A stretch of DNA of 64,000 nt, from contig NC_042999.1 in the NCBI RefSeq assembly GCF_006345805.1, positions 94,984,001-95,048,000 on the forward strand. Reading direction: 5' to 3'. Positions 49,781 to 61,200 of this stretch are shown here, piece after piece. Each line of letters opens with the position of its first letter. Position 1 is the first letter of the stretch. The notes under the pieces are model-generated. The model ran no database searches, was not told where the DNA came from, and saw only the letters and a program-made list of their open reading frames with translations. The DNA is from Octopus sinensis (Eukaryota). The position numbers were made by a program, and so were the translations under genes.

Positions 49781-49800
49781 TATATATATATATATATATA

Positions 49801-50515
49801 GGTTGGGTGGAGTAGATTCTCTCGCCGTGAACCACAAATGAGAGTAAAGCAGTAAAGTAAAACGGTAATCACGTTCTGTGGACACGAATGTGTCTTTTGA
49901 GGTCTACTGGTGCTTTGCAAATCTTTTGGTAAAGGGAAAAAATTGTGGACTCAGTTTGCTCGAGTTCATGTGGATTATTTACTATGTGTTTTCTTGAGTG
50001 GATGGCTTGTTTTGCTTTGTGCCACAAAACTACAATGACAGGTAAGGTTTCTATTTAGAGGGGCAGCTTTTTGCTAGTGTGCTTTCATGCTTGCACGAAG
50101 TTGGTCCCGATGTTGTAGTCGATTTTGCTCAAATCTTTGAACTGAAGAGAAGCAGGACTGGTGCCTGGTCCTGCTTTCTGTTGCTTTGTTTTTCCAGATA
50201 GAAAAGAGAATGTTGCATCACTTCGGGCTGTCGTTTAGTTTGTCTTTTGAAGGGCAAAAGTGGACTTCTAACTCGCCTTTCTGTTGGTAATTGGCCAAAG
50301 AGAAGTTGCTACGGAATTCTGATATCATTCATACGTGGCCATCTAAGTTGTATTTTGATGAGAATGGCTTCAACAATTGATATGTGGCATTTTGTTAAAA
50401 CCCCACTGTTTCGAATATGGTCGATCGGTTTTGTATTGGAAATAGTAGGGATGCATCGCATATGAAAAGCGTCAAGCTGGTTGATGTGCTTTAGGTACAG
50501 GGTCCAAAATTCAGC
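49801..50515 (-). mobile_element. RTE-clade LINE 3' end (degenerate)
   Basis: EFWTLYLKHINQLDAFHMRCI..IEAIL-like..QLRW.RMNDIRIP*QLLFGQL..FEQNR..KICKAPVDLKRHIRVH. Confidence 0.85.
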
Positions 50516-51552
50516 ACACGATTAAGCATAAATACGTGTGTGCGCGCGCGTGCATGCGTGTGTGTGTGTATGTGTGTGTAGATACTATGGCATTAAAAAT
50601 ATTATCTCTTCCTTTAAAAGTCCAAGCCCTTACGGTTGAGAATAAATTCGATATTATAGTTTTATAGAGAAGAATTCATAGACTCAGTGTTTGATGAAGC
50701 AACAGGACTCGAAGTCTCATCTAAAACTAAGTCAGTTTAATTTTGTTCTCTGATCAAATCACATCGTGGTGTGCTTCAACTTTATATTTTCCGTTTCCAA
50801 TAGGATAAGTTCCTGCAATAGATTTGGGTCGATTCTGTTTATCATGTTCTTTGAAATTAATTTTTATGTCTAGTCAAAAGAAATCATTATTTAGCATTGT
50901 GTTTCCATATTTCGATTTCAAATTTCGAATAGGTGCGGACCTCGTCTTTCATCTTTCTCCAGTATCGATAAAATAGATATAGACGTCGACCCAATTGACC
51001 AATTGACAATAAATCACAAATCCCTGTGCTTCCTCACCAGCAATCAAAGATATAGTCAAAGTTATTTCTAAAATTTAAGTATTATTACATTCTTCTACTC
51101 TCACCAGAAGCTGGAATTTACCAGGAACATAGTTCAGAGAAATCAATCCGTCTTCCCAATTTTGAAAAATCAACTAACACTGAAGTATATTAATAAATAT
51201 ATGATTATAACTTCAAGTAATTTCCATACATTTTTCTGCATCCCTTTCTCTCCACCCACCTCTCTATCTCACACACACATGCACAAACATGCACATTGTT
51301 ATATGTACAATTGTTTCGACTCATCTAGCATCAATCCCTAACGGGCGGGATACTTATCTGGTTTAGGAATATCCGTCGGTGTAGATGTGTCTCTTCAGGT
51401 TATTATGAGATGTATCTCGTTAAAATAACGACTGTGCCGCCGCAAGATATCTTCTCGGTTTGTGTATAGAAAAGCAGCAAATTACGAGATACAGTTTCAT
51501 TTTTATAGAAGATCAGTAATAAATAACATGCAAAAAGAAACAAATACACAAT

Positions 51553-51760
51553 TCTCTTCTACTCTAGGCATAAGGCCCGAAATTTGGCGGGGGAGGGGCA
51601 GTTGATTAGATCGACCCCAGTATACAACTGGGACTTAATTTATTGACCCCGAAAGGCAAAGTCGACCTCGGTGGAATTTGAACTCAGAACGTAAAGACAG
51701 ACGAAAAACAGGTAAGCATTTCGCCCGGTGCGCTAACGCTTCCGCCAACCCGCTGCCTTA
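51553..51760 (-). mobile_element. SINE family A
   Basis: Reverse-complement match (ggcaaagtcgacctcggtggaatttgaactcagaacgtaaagac). Confidence 0.9.
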
Positions 51761-51788
51761 CAGCAAAAAAAGTATTAACTAATTATGA

Positions 51789-52040
51789 AGTGAGGACATA
51801 TGGCTTAGTGATTAGGGTGTTGAGACCGGGCGGTGCGTTATTTTCTTCATCAAAACACTTCATCTTCCGTTGCTCTACGATCACTTCGACACCTGACGCG
51901 TGGTACACCGTGCACCTGTTCAGGCAACGTCGCTTTGATGGAGAGAGTGAGCTAATGTACAACACACATATTTGATCACTGCAGACAAATCATTTGTGCA
52001 GATCGTTCCGCAAAACCTGAACACTCATACGTCGTCTTCA
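51789..52040 (+). mobile_element. tRNA-headed CORE-like SINE related to family D, with a different tail
   Basis: tggcttagtgattagggtgttg head (B-box deleted), then caaaacacttcatcttccgttgctc CORE-like segment. Confidence 0.6.
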
Positions 52041-52369
52041 ACGGGCGAGTCCAACATATATGAAGTCAATGTTCTCTAAATCAAATTTCATTTTCAAAAT
52101 TTAATAGAATCTACAGACAGATTTTTTTTCCTTCTTTCTTTCTTTGCTTTTATTTTTTATTTTTTTTTTGTAAACACTTTAAACAAAGACCTTTCTAGAC
52201 CAGGCACTGCTGATAACATGAACTAATGAAATTGCAAACATCAAGAAACGTTTCGTTCAGTATTTATTTGTGCTCATTCTCATTCAACGGCTGCAACTCA
52301 ATTTGTCGACTGTTACTGTTTTTTGTTTTTTTTAACCGTGGACTTTAACTTTTAAGTATCTCCATGAAA

Positions 52370-52760
52370 AACGCTCGGGGGTTTGAGGTCCACATCTTCT
52401 ATACATCGTGCCATGCACCGCTAACAAAACTCCTCCACTCCTCGATTTGGATCATTTCCACTCAGAGCATGGACTATTCTTCAAAGTGTGATAGATACTT
52501 GATTTGAAATTCCTGTCTCACGATTCGATTGTCGCCCGGATTGTCTCAACTCTGGCAATACACTTTTAGTATCTTTGCTTTGTGGATCCCGTCGATATCT
52601 GCAGTTTTCTGCAACGTTTCTTGTGGACATTCTGAATAGTATCAACTTCTTCAAACTTATTTTTATTTCGAATGATGATAAGCTGCTTAAGCGGAAGCTC
52701 CCTTTTAAAGTGTCTTTGCACTTCGACTACGTTATCAAACTACCGGTGGAACTTTAGAGC
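52370..52760 (-). mobile_element. Tc1/mariner (maT-like) transposase N-terminal remnant
   Basis: FDNVVEVQRHFKRE..NKFEEVDTIQNVHKKR..RQSNRETGIS..VHALSGNDPNR..EFC. Confidence 0.75.
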
Positions 52761-53141
52761 GAATTTCTTTTGTCCAGAACTTAGCCTACTTCCCTTTCTT
52801 ATTCTTAATGTGTTAAATCTAGAAAGAAGTCAAAATTAAGTGAATTGGCTGTTTGTATACATCTTGTGGGACAAAAGCACTCAACACATTTATAGGAGTT
52901 GCGTATATCATCTTTTAAAACTGTTTGATTCGACTCCATGTGACTTAAAATTTCGCAGGATTTTCACAAAAGCATAGCTAATTCTTGATCAGATTACCGA
53001 ATTGAGAAACCGAAGGAGTCTAAGATGGCTACTGGAAGCTCAAGATTACAACTAGAAAATACGCTGCTATTGGTCAAACCAGGTGACAAGGTGTTGTTGG
53101 GAATGAGATCGGCATTTCAGTCGATCGCTCTCTATATAGAA

Positions 53142-53612
53142 GAGTTCGATTCAGATAAGTGATGCTGATAAGCCACAAAAATAGTGAAATATCGGCATCC
53201 ATCACTCCTGGACGGGACTGGGGGTGAGTTATCTCGCAGTTCTATAACTTAAAGATGTTGAGTATGTGCGCTTGAAAATGGTTACAACAGTGGCACTGCT
53301 TTTAATTCATAATTGTATTTGATTTTATGTATTCATCGTCGAGGCATACCAGCAAAATGTTCTTACACACTTTGTATATAGCTATAGACTGGCAATTCAG
53401 CTCGTCCCCAGTTCGATTCAAGTAAGTAATGTTGATAAGCCACAAAGATTGCGAGACATCAGTATCCATCACACCTGGATGGGAGCGAGCGAGTTGTCTA
53501 GCCTTTCTATGGCTTTCAGGTGTTTTAACACCCAGTGCTATGAGGAAGTCGTCCTTAGTGCGCTGTAACCCAACAAAACTGGCGAAGAAACAAAACTCGA
53601 ACAGTGAGTATG
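53142..53612 (-). repeat. Diverged local tandem duplication (53142-53270 and 53409-53616)
   Basis: agttcgattca..gataagccacaaa..tccatcac.cctgga.ggga occurs twice, each followed by tgagtatgtgcg. Confidence 0.8.
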
Positions 53613-54468
53613 TGCGATCGATAATCTGCGTGCGTGTGTGTGTGTGACTTTGTCGTATTTTAATTGCGACTTAGTATGGTATTAAACAGAAATATCCTTT
53701 ATTTCGAAATATGTCCCCGAAAGCTCTGGCGTATTGTAGTGTTATATAGAAATATCAGTATTCGCTGATATTTCGCTACTGACTTCGTATATTATTTTAT
53801 AGAAATATAGTTCCATCTGATTATTTACTACAGCTGTTATATATTGCAGTATTATAGAGAAATATCATAGCAAAATGTTTCAAAACAAACTTAGAAAGTT
53901 GTATTATATTACAATATCAGTATCACCCAAATTTTCCACCACAGAGAGCTTATTTATAGGAATTTGAGTAACCGCTCTAGTGCATTGTATGTAGTATTCT
54001 ATAGCAATATCCGAACCACCTGATATATTTCAACAGCTGTGGTATATAGATTATGCGTTGAATTTTTAAAGAAATATCAGGTGCTATCACCTGATACTTT
54101 ATCAAAGACAATTTATTTAGCCATTATCTATTGTCAACTTTATTGGTTCAAAGGTCGGTTCGATATCTGATATATTTCACAGTAATACTGAGATGTTATT
54201 TTCTTCAATCGTCTTAGTCGAAGCTGTTGATTGGCCCCAGGTCAGCCCTGATAGAGTAATAGCTATATATGAGGGTTTTTTTAATCTATGACTAGCTCCT
54301 TTTATTTTTTTTAAACATTAAGTACATTAACTTCCTTGTAATTATACTGGATTTTTGTAAATATTTTGTATACAGAACGTTCCCTTGAGGTCTTTTCTTT
54401 CTTCCACAATGTTGACATTCAGAATCAGTAACACTGCATTCCACACACACATATATATATATATATAT

Positions 54469-54556
54469 TCTTTCCTGAGCGTCAAATAATACTTTAATTG
54501 TTCCACGTCCTCGCGTTGCTGTGTTTTTTTTCTGTGTTTTCTTGTTTGGATTAACT
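54469..54556 (+). mobile_element. Subfamily H1 partial copy within (TA)n
   Basis: ttgttccacgtcctcgcgttgctgtg..cttgtttggattaac is the reverse complement of 14570-14652. Confidence 0.85.
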
Positions 54557-54725
54557 ATATATATATATATATATTATATATATATATATGTATAAATGAT
54601 GCAGCACGAAGTATTGTCAGTGAACAGGTCACGGTTTCAAAGCAACGAAAATATTTTGACACAAATTAACGGTTTTTTGTGTGTTTTAAATGGCTTATAA
54701 ACATCTTCCATGATTGTTTATATAT

Positions 54726-54905
54726 ATACAAGAGTTATAGGAATGGAGTTGATAAGATTCGGGCGACACATGGTTCATAGCGAGTGGAACCTCGGAAGTG
54801 TTAAATATTCAAGCGAGGTGTATACTGCAGGCTACTCTTTGGGCCAAGGTTATCTTGATTAAATGAAAGTTTACATTGTCGCAAGGAGGTACGTGTTAAC
54901 ACACA
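54726..54905 (-). mobile_element. Second, truncated copy of the 697-970 MITE
   Basis: One TIR plus the internal spacer, ending in (CA)n. Confidence 0.85.
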
Positions 54906-56949
54906 CACAAACACACACACACACACATGTACGCATGCACACGCGTGCACACATGCACGCGCACACACACACACACACATATCTTTAGAGATGGAGATAG
55001 ATTTAATTATGCATATCAAATACAACTTAGATTCTTGATTTATTAAAATTATCTCCGCCTCTTCAGGATGTGTCACAATTATAAATATGGCAATTGAATA
55101 GCTCCGTATGAGAAGGAGAAATTATCTCAAGAATCAAGTATTTTTTTAATGCTGGCATGCTGTTAAATAAAAGCACGAGTTTATTGGCTGGAGAGAAGAA
55201 AACAGTTGTGGCCACGAGTTTCTGACTCAATAGAAATCATCAGCACGACAGTTCTTCTAATCTATCTTCAACAGCAAAGAGACATTGATATAAAAAAAGA
55301 GCTGGACGCATGTCCTAGGTAATTTGCTTGAATTAAACAAAAATAAACAAAAATGTTATCGTTGCTGCTGCTGTTGCTGTTGAGCGAAGCGGTCTTCGTC
55401 CCAGAGCTCGCAGTGGGAGAAATCCGAATCGTGGTCCTTTGCTATTCGTAAGACCCGCAGATGAGAAAGCAGGTCAACCCCCGACACCGAGAGAATCGAC
55501 GGATGGATGAATGCGCATTCAGGCTCAGGGGTTGCGTAGGAAGTCGGGTGCTGCTGCTGCTGTTGTTAATGATGGTGTTGAGGAGCAAGGGAAGAAGGAT
55601 GGTGATAGTAGTGGAGGTCGGGGGCGGTAGTTGTGGTGGTGGTGATTATTATTATGATGATGATGAAGAGGAGGATTTTGCTATTATTGTTACTGCTGCT
55701 GTTTGTTCTTTAATCCCATGCTTGTTCTGGTCAAATACATCAAAGATATTCCAGGCTTGACCATGCTGCCTTTTTTTTTTTTTTCCTGAATTATCTTGAA
55801 CTTGAATGGCGGTGCCCCAGCATGGCCATAGCTCGTGAGCTGAAACTAGATAAAATGAAAAAAAATGAAAACTGCATCATCTGCTGTGTCCTTCCTATAT
55901 AAAATATAAAAACAACGAAATGGGATTTGTGGAAAATTTAGCTGTTATTTCCAGTATTGATGTTGTTGTTGATGTTGCATTTGCTAATGACATTATCGTT
56001 ATCGATGAAGTTGTTATTGATGATGATTTAGTTGCTGTTGTTGATGATGATGATGCTGTTATTGCTTCTGCTGTTGTTGCTGATGTTGATACTGATGATG
56101 ATGAAGATGATGATGATGTTGCTTGCTCGTGCTGTTGATTATTGGTGTTACTGATGTTGATGAGGTTGTTGTCAACTTACTTTTTGTAGTTCTTTTATTG
56201 TTATTGTTATTATGGTGGTGGTGGTGGTGTGTCTCTTTACTGCTGCCAGTGCAGGTGCTGTTTCCATTACAGCCTGCTATCTATCAAACACTACTACCAT
56301 ATCAGATCTGTGCTGCAATTAAACACCATTAATTAACAGAACCATTTTCTTCTGTCATCATTCTATTCAGTCTGGCTGGAACCGTTCGCTTCAAACATCA
56401 TGAAACTGCTTTTGTCTATTTTTATTTTTGTTTTTCTTTCTTTTTTTTGTTTTTGTTTCGTGCACGTCTTCACTAATTTATTCAAATATTTAATACGTCT
56501 GTCGTTCTTATCGCATTCTTTTCTTAAATTAGCATTATTGTTATTGTTATTATTGATGTGGCAAAAATCATACAGCGTTGGATTAAATGCTTTCCAGTAT
56601 TTAGTTTACATTTTTCTCAGATTTTCCATTCACCCCACAATGTCTGAACTAAGGTTCTTGGTACTAAAGATGCATGATACGATCTTTGAGAATACGGGTG
56701 ACTGTTCAGAAACTGCGGAGGACGTGTTATATTCGATTCCAAGAGGATACAGGCGACGAAGTGGACACGATCGACTTCGATGGTCTACAGTAGTCCAAGA
56801 AGAATGAAGGATTGTGTTGTGAAAATCCGATTTCAGCTTCTGAAATAATAGGCGCTAAGTCTTGGTGTGCGAGAGCTATATCTCCAGGTCTGGAGAGTTT
56901 TCCCTTTCTACACCCAACCATCAAACAGTACTATACACTAACTGCAGAC

Positions 56950-59158
56950 ACGTACGATCTTCTTGGACCTAGAAGGTGAGTCGGTCGTTCTGACATACAA
57001 AGGTAAGGCATTCACGTTGGTTGGTATTTACGCGCCTAGCACGCTAGGCAAACGAAATGAGTTCTATCAACATCTGGGGGATTTTCTGGTGACATCAAGG
57101 ACACTAGTTTTATTAGGAGATTTTAACGCTATTCTCGATGCACGACTGGATAGCGTAGGCTCGAACGAGAGGAAATGCAACTCACGCCTCATCAATTTGC
57201 TGAAGCGATTTAGGCTGACAGTTCGATACAGACTTGATAATCCGAGCGTTCCAATGTTAACTTGGACTTATAATGAAGGATCAATCAGGTCTTACATAGG
57301 CAGGATTATAGTTAATGCTAGAGATAAGTCTAGTTTTAGCCATCCACATTTTACCTATGTACCCTACACGGATCACAAATTAGTGACGTATGGGTTGCAT
57401 ATAGATATGGGATCTGGCTATTGGAAGTTGAACAAGTCCCTATTGGATTGCGAAACTTACCGGAGCCAGATTAAGGTGTTAGTAATGACGGCACTAACTG
57501 GCGCCGTGTTAAATAACCGGTGGTGGAAGGCCCTCAAAAGAGCCATTCAACTTGAGTCGACTACATTTAGCAAGCAGTTAAGTCTAGAGCAGACTAGAGT
57601 AGAAAGGGATTTAGTTAAGGTGTTAGAAGAGGCGCTGAGAATGGGCTCTGCACACCAAGTTTTGGTGGAGTGATCGGCCTTGGACCGATACCTCAATGCC
57701 AAATACGAAGGATGCAGAGTTCGGGCTAAAGTATGTGTACTGGGTCGTGAGGTTATCAACGTTGCTGGTGGGGGGATCGCTCGGTAACCCAACGTGGCGT
57801 GGATGCTACGATGAGGTCAGTGGTTAATGAACATGGACAAGATTAACGACAATAAGGTCTGTGGTTAACGAACATGGATCGAAGGACAGGAGATGTGCAA
57901 GGCCATTCACGAGCACTTTGCTGTGTTGTTCGGGAGGAGCGGGGCGCTGGACCATAGAGATACCCTCAGGGATTTCCTGGCCGGCGGCCCGCGTCATTCG
58001 GCACGTGACGCTGAGCGCTGTGAAGGGCCGATCACAGCTGAGGAGGTCATAGAGGTACTTTCCGAGTGCCCCGGAAACAAGTCGCCGGGATTGGATGGTT
58101 TACCTAACGGATTTTTATAAAAGTATGCCAGATTTGTTCGGGAACACACTGGCCAGTGTGTACGCGAATTGGCAGCAGAATGGGAGAATTCCTAAATCTG
58201 TGAGCCGAAGAGTGGTGACACTGATCAGGAAGGACCCGGGCAAGGAGGATAATCCGGGCGGTCGGACTGGGCCCGACTTTCCGAGGCTGGATCGAAGCTT
58301 TGTATTGCAACATTGATGAGGAACAACTGGCCAGCCTGTTCAGGAGGACATTCGAGCCAAGGTATCTGGATAACTTCCAGAAATCCTTGGCTTGGTTGTG
58401 CTACCGATCGGCCTTACCAGTTCGAGAGAAGTTGTCCAAACGCGGTTTTGACACCTCTCTCACATGCCCGAGGTGCGGGCGCATCAGTGAAACTGTCGTA
58501 CACTGTGAGGAGCTGAGGGAGTTGATAGCCTATGTCGAACAACTGATGCCGGATGCAGAAAGAGTACGACTCTCGACTGGGTCCATTGTTAAGACAGCAC
58601 CGCCTCCTTTCTTTAATAAGGAAAGGAAGGCATCTTTTCTCTGCGTAGTAGCCATACTGAAAGATACAGTATGGATAACACGTGCGAAAGGGATTGAGAC
58701 AGGCCATTTTATCTCCAGACGTGGGTTGATAAGTTAGTTTAACTTTCACCTGCTAAGAAGGATTCGTCTGGAGAAATGGTACCTGCCTCAGAGTGTGTAC
58801 GGAAAAGGATAGAAAACTGTGGAAAGGAAGTTGAGTATGAACGGAACCGTGCTAGTGTACCCGGTCAAAACGAAAAGAAGAAAGTAAGGAAAAAACAAAA
58901 AAGCAAATAAAAAATGGAAAAAACTGGCGGGTTAAAAATGAACCCTTGGACTATATAATTCTGTAATATTTTTAGTTGCGTTTTTCATTTTTGATTTTAA
59001 TTCTATTGTCATTTTTGGATTTAACATTGCATTAATCATTCCGATTTCATCCAAATTTTAAATGATTGTAACCCCAGCCCTCTGTAATATTGTCCTTGTT
59101 TCGTCCCCGCCCCTGATCTGTACCTTCTATTTGTGCCTTTTATAGGCGAATAAATAAA
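56950..59158 (+). mobile_element. L1/Tx1-clade LINE ORF2 remnant: APE endonuclease, internally deleted RT, C-terminal Cys motif, 3' UTR
   Basis: GIYAPS, LLGDFNA, YTDHKLV, GSGYWKLNKSLL; NKSPGLDGLP; LPVREKL..CPRCG..ETVVH; terminal aataaataaa. Multiple stops and frameshifts. Confidence 0.92.
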
Positions 59159-60274
59159 TTCAGAAGTAAGACAGCTGCGGCATAAGCCACGTCTTTCTAT
59201 TTGAACTTTTTGAAAATAAGTGTAAACTGTGAAACCGGTTATAAAATATTTTAACTATTCTCAGTGCATTTTCAACTTCTATTTTCCCCATGTGTGTGTG
59301 TATAAACAAAACATACTTTATTACGCTCTACATAAAATTATGATTCAATGTTTCTCTTTAATAGATATAACACACACATCTGATATAAAACGAGAATTTT
59401 ATTGCATTCTTTCTCACTAATATCTAAAAGAGAATATTTCTTATTTCAAGGTGATATCATTGAGATTATTTCTCATATTTATTTACGTGAGTAAAATGCG
59501 AAAATTCCCATTATATCAGAAGCACTCGTCTTTGGTAGCAGAGAAAAGATAAAGATATTTTCGAGAGTGCGAGAAAAATAGAAAATTTATGGTTTTTAGA
59601 CTATTATTATGTCAAATGTAATTGATTCAACAAACGATACAGTTATAGTTTTACATTGATTCGATGGTGACGTCATCGAGCCTGTTGTCATAGTTGGGAA
59701 AATATAATATGGTTTCTTGATAAAATTCTAGAAGCTGGGCCATTTTACATCTCACAGTCTGACTGACATCTTAATGCTAACCCAAATGTATATCTTAATT
59801 TTTTTCTTATCTTTTACATTAAAAATTTCAACTGTAAAATTGAATGTAAAGAAAATTAACTACATTTATTTAATATGAATGAGTGCGATTGATTCCAAAG
59901 CCACAGTCTTCGGTGAAAAGATAATAAAGAATATAGACATATCAACATTTACTGGAAACTTAAACATCACGTCACTCCATGCAGCTGTGAGTTACTCCAT
60001 TGTAGATCTTGATGGTATTGACCGAATAATATTTCAACATCTAAAAAATTAATAAATATACGGAAAAAGTTTTGTTCTTTAGTTATGTATGCGTATGAAG
60101 AGCAGTATAGTTTAAAACGTTTCTTAGCAAGCACGTGTTCCCAGTTTCGAAACCCACAGAGTGAAAAGTTCAGCAAGTGTTTCTAACTTTGGGCTATACA
60201 ATATACGTTGAGCTCAATTATGTAACGGAAACTGCTCAGATCCCGTCGTATACTGACATACATACACATACCAC

Positions 60275-60445
60275 ACTCCATTTCCTTTTACCTTCCACTC
60301 TACTACTCTGCCTTTACAACGTACCACCCCACCCCCTTTTTCACTGCTTCTAATGTAAAACTGCCACTTCTTGCCTCTTCCGCTTATTCCTTCTTTCAAG
60401 CAAACCTGCAACCTTCGCTACTTCCTCGTCCATAGCATTCCCTTT
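60275..60445 (+). mobile_element. Penelope-like fragment
   Basis: FTFHSTTLPLQRT..PSFKQTCNLRYFLVHS, homologous to 28950-29105. Confidence 0.65.
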
Positions 60446-60589
60446 TCCACATCCCATTCAATTGCCAGGGATGGAATAAACAACCTTCTAAAGGATGTCA
60501 TCAGGGATATCAATGAGAGCCTCCTGAATCCATGTCTCCAAGTCCTCCAGTGTACGAGGTTTTGTCTAGTATACCTCTTTTGTGTAACC

Positions 60590-60990
60590 CTACCCTACAG
60601 GTAAAAATCATGGAGAGAGATCTGGACTCCTTAGAGTTCTAAACTTCTGAACTTCTACGGCTACAGTCTTCAGTTATTAGCTCCTGCACGTAATGGGGTT
60701 TCTACGGATGGAAATTCAATTTTTTTATGCAACACTGTATGTATTGTGTGTCTTGTTAGTCCAGTTTCATGAGCTGCTTGACGTGTTGATTTTTGCCGTC
60801 TTCGATTAAACATTTCCTGCACTGTGCCACGTTCTCCGTTGATCGGAATGTGGTTGGACGGCCACTTCTCTTGCATCTTTCATAGAGCCCGTGGTCATCA
60901 ACTTTGCACGACAGCTCTTTATTGTCTCCGGACGTAGAGTTGCACGCTTACCTTTCCATGCACGCCATCAACTCTGAACTATACTATTCC
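60590..60990 (-). mobile_element. Tc1/mariner (maT-like) transposase remnant
   Basis: KLMTTGSMKDA..RSGRPT..EMFNRRRQKSTRQAAHETGL..KPHYVQEL..SPDLSP..DFYL. Confidence 0.8.
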
Positions 60991-60997
60991 ACATTTT

Positions 60998-61200
60998 GAA
61001 TGCATTCTCTGATGCTTGCACTACCTTAGGATTGACTGTCAGTCTCAAGAAAATTGTTGTCATGTACCAACCTGCCCCTGGTAAGCAGTATAGTGAACCA
61101 AATATCTATGTGCATGGTCAACGACTTGGTGTAGTTGATCAGTTTGTCTACCTGATTAGATATTAATAGATATAGCAATTTGGATAGTGAAATTACACAT
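60998..61200 (+). mobile_element. RTE-clade RT fragment
   Basis: NAFSDACTTLGLTVSLKKIVVMYQPAPGKQYSEPNIYVHGQRLGVVDQFVYL. Confidence 0.85.

Noticed and set aside
55040-55075. CTGAAGA hammerhead-like box on the minus strand
   Set aside because: No matching GAAA/NUH half or closing stems found before the (CA)n tract.
55920-56332. Asp/Val-rich ORFs
   Set aside because: Decayed (TGA)n/(TGT)n trinucleotide repeats.
59668-59675. Full CRE site TGACGTCA (also at 10632-10639)
   Set aside because: One or two such 8-mers are expected by chance in 64 kb, and there is no promoter context.
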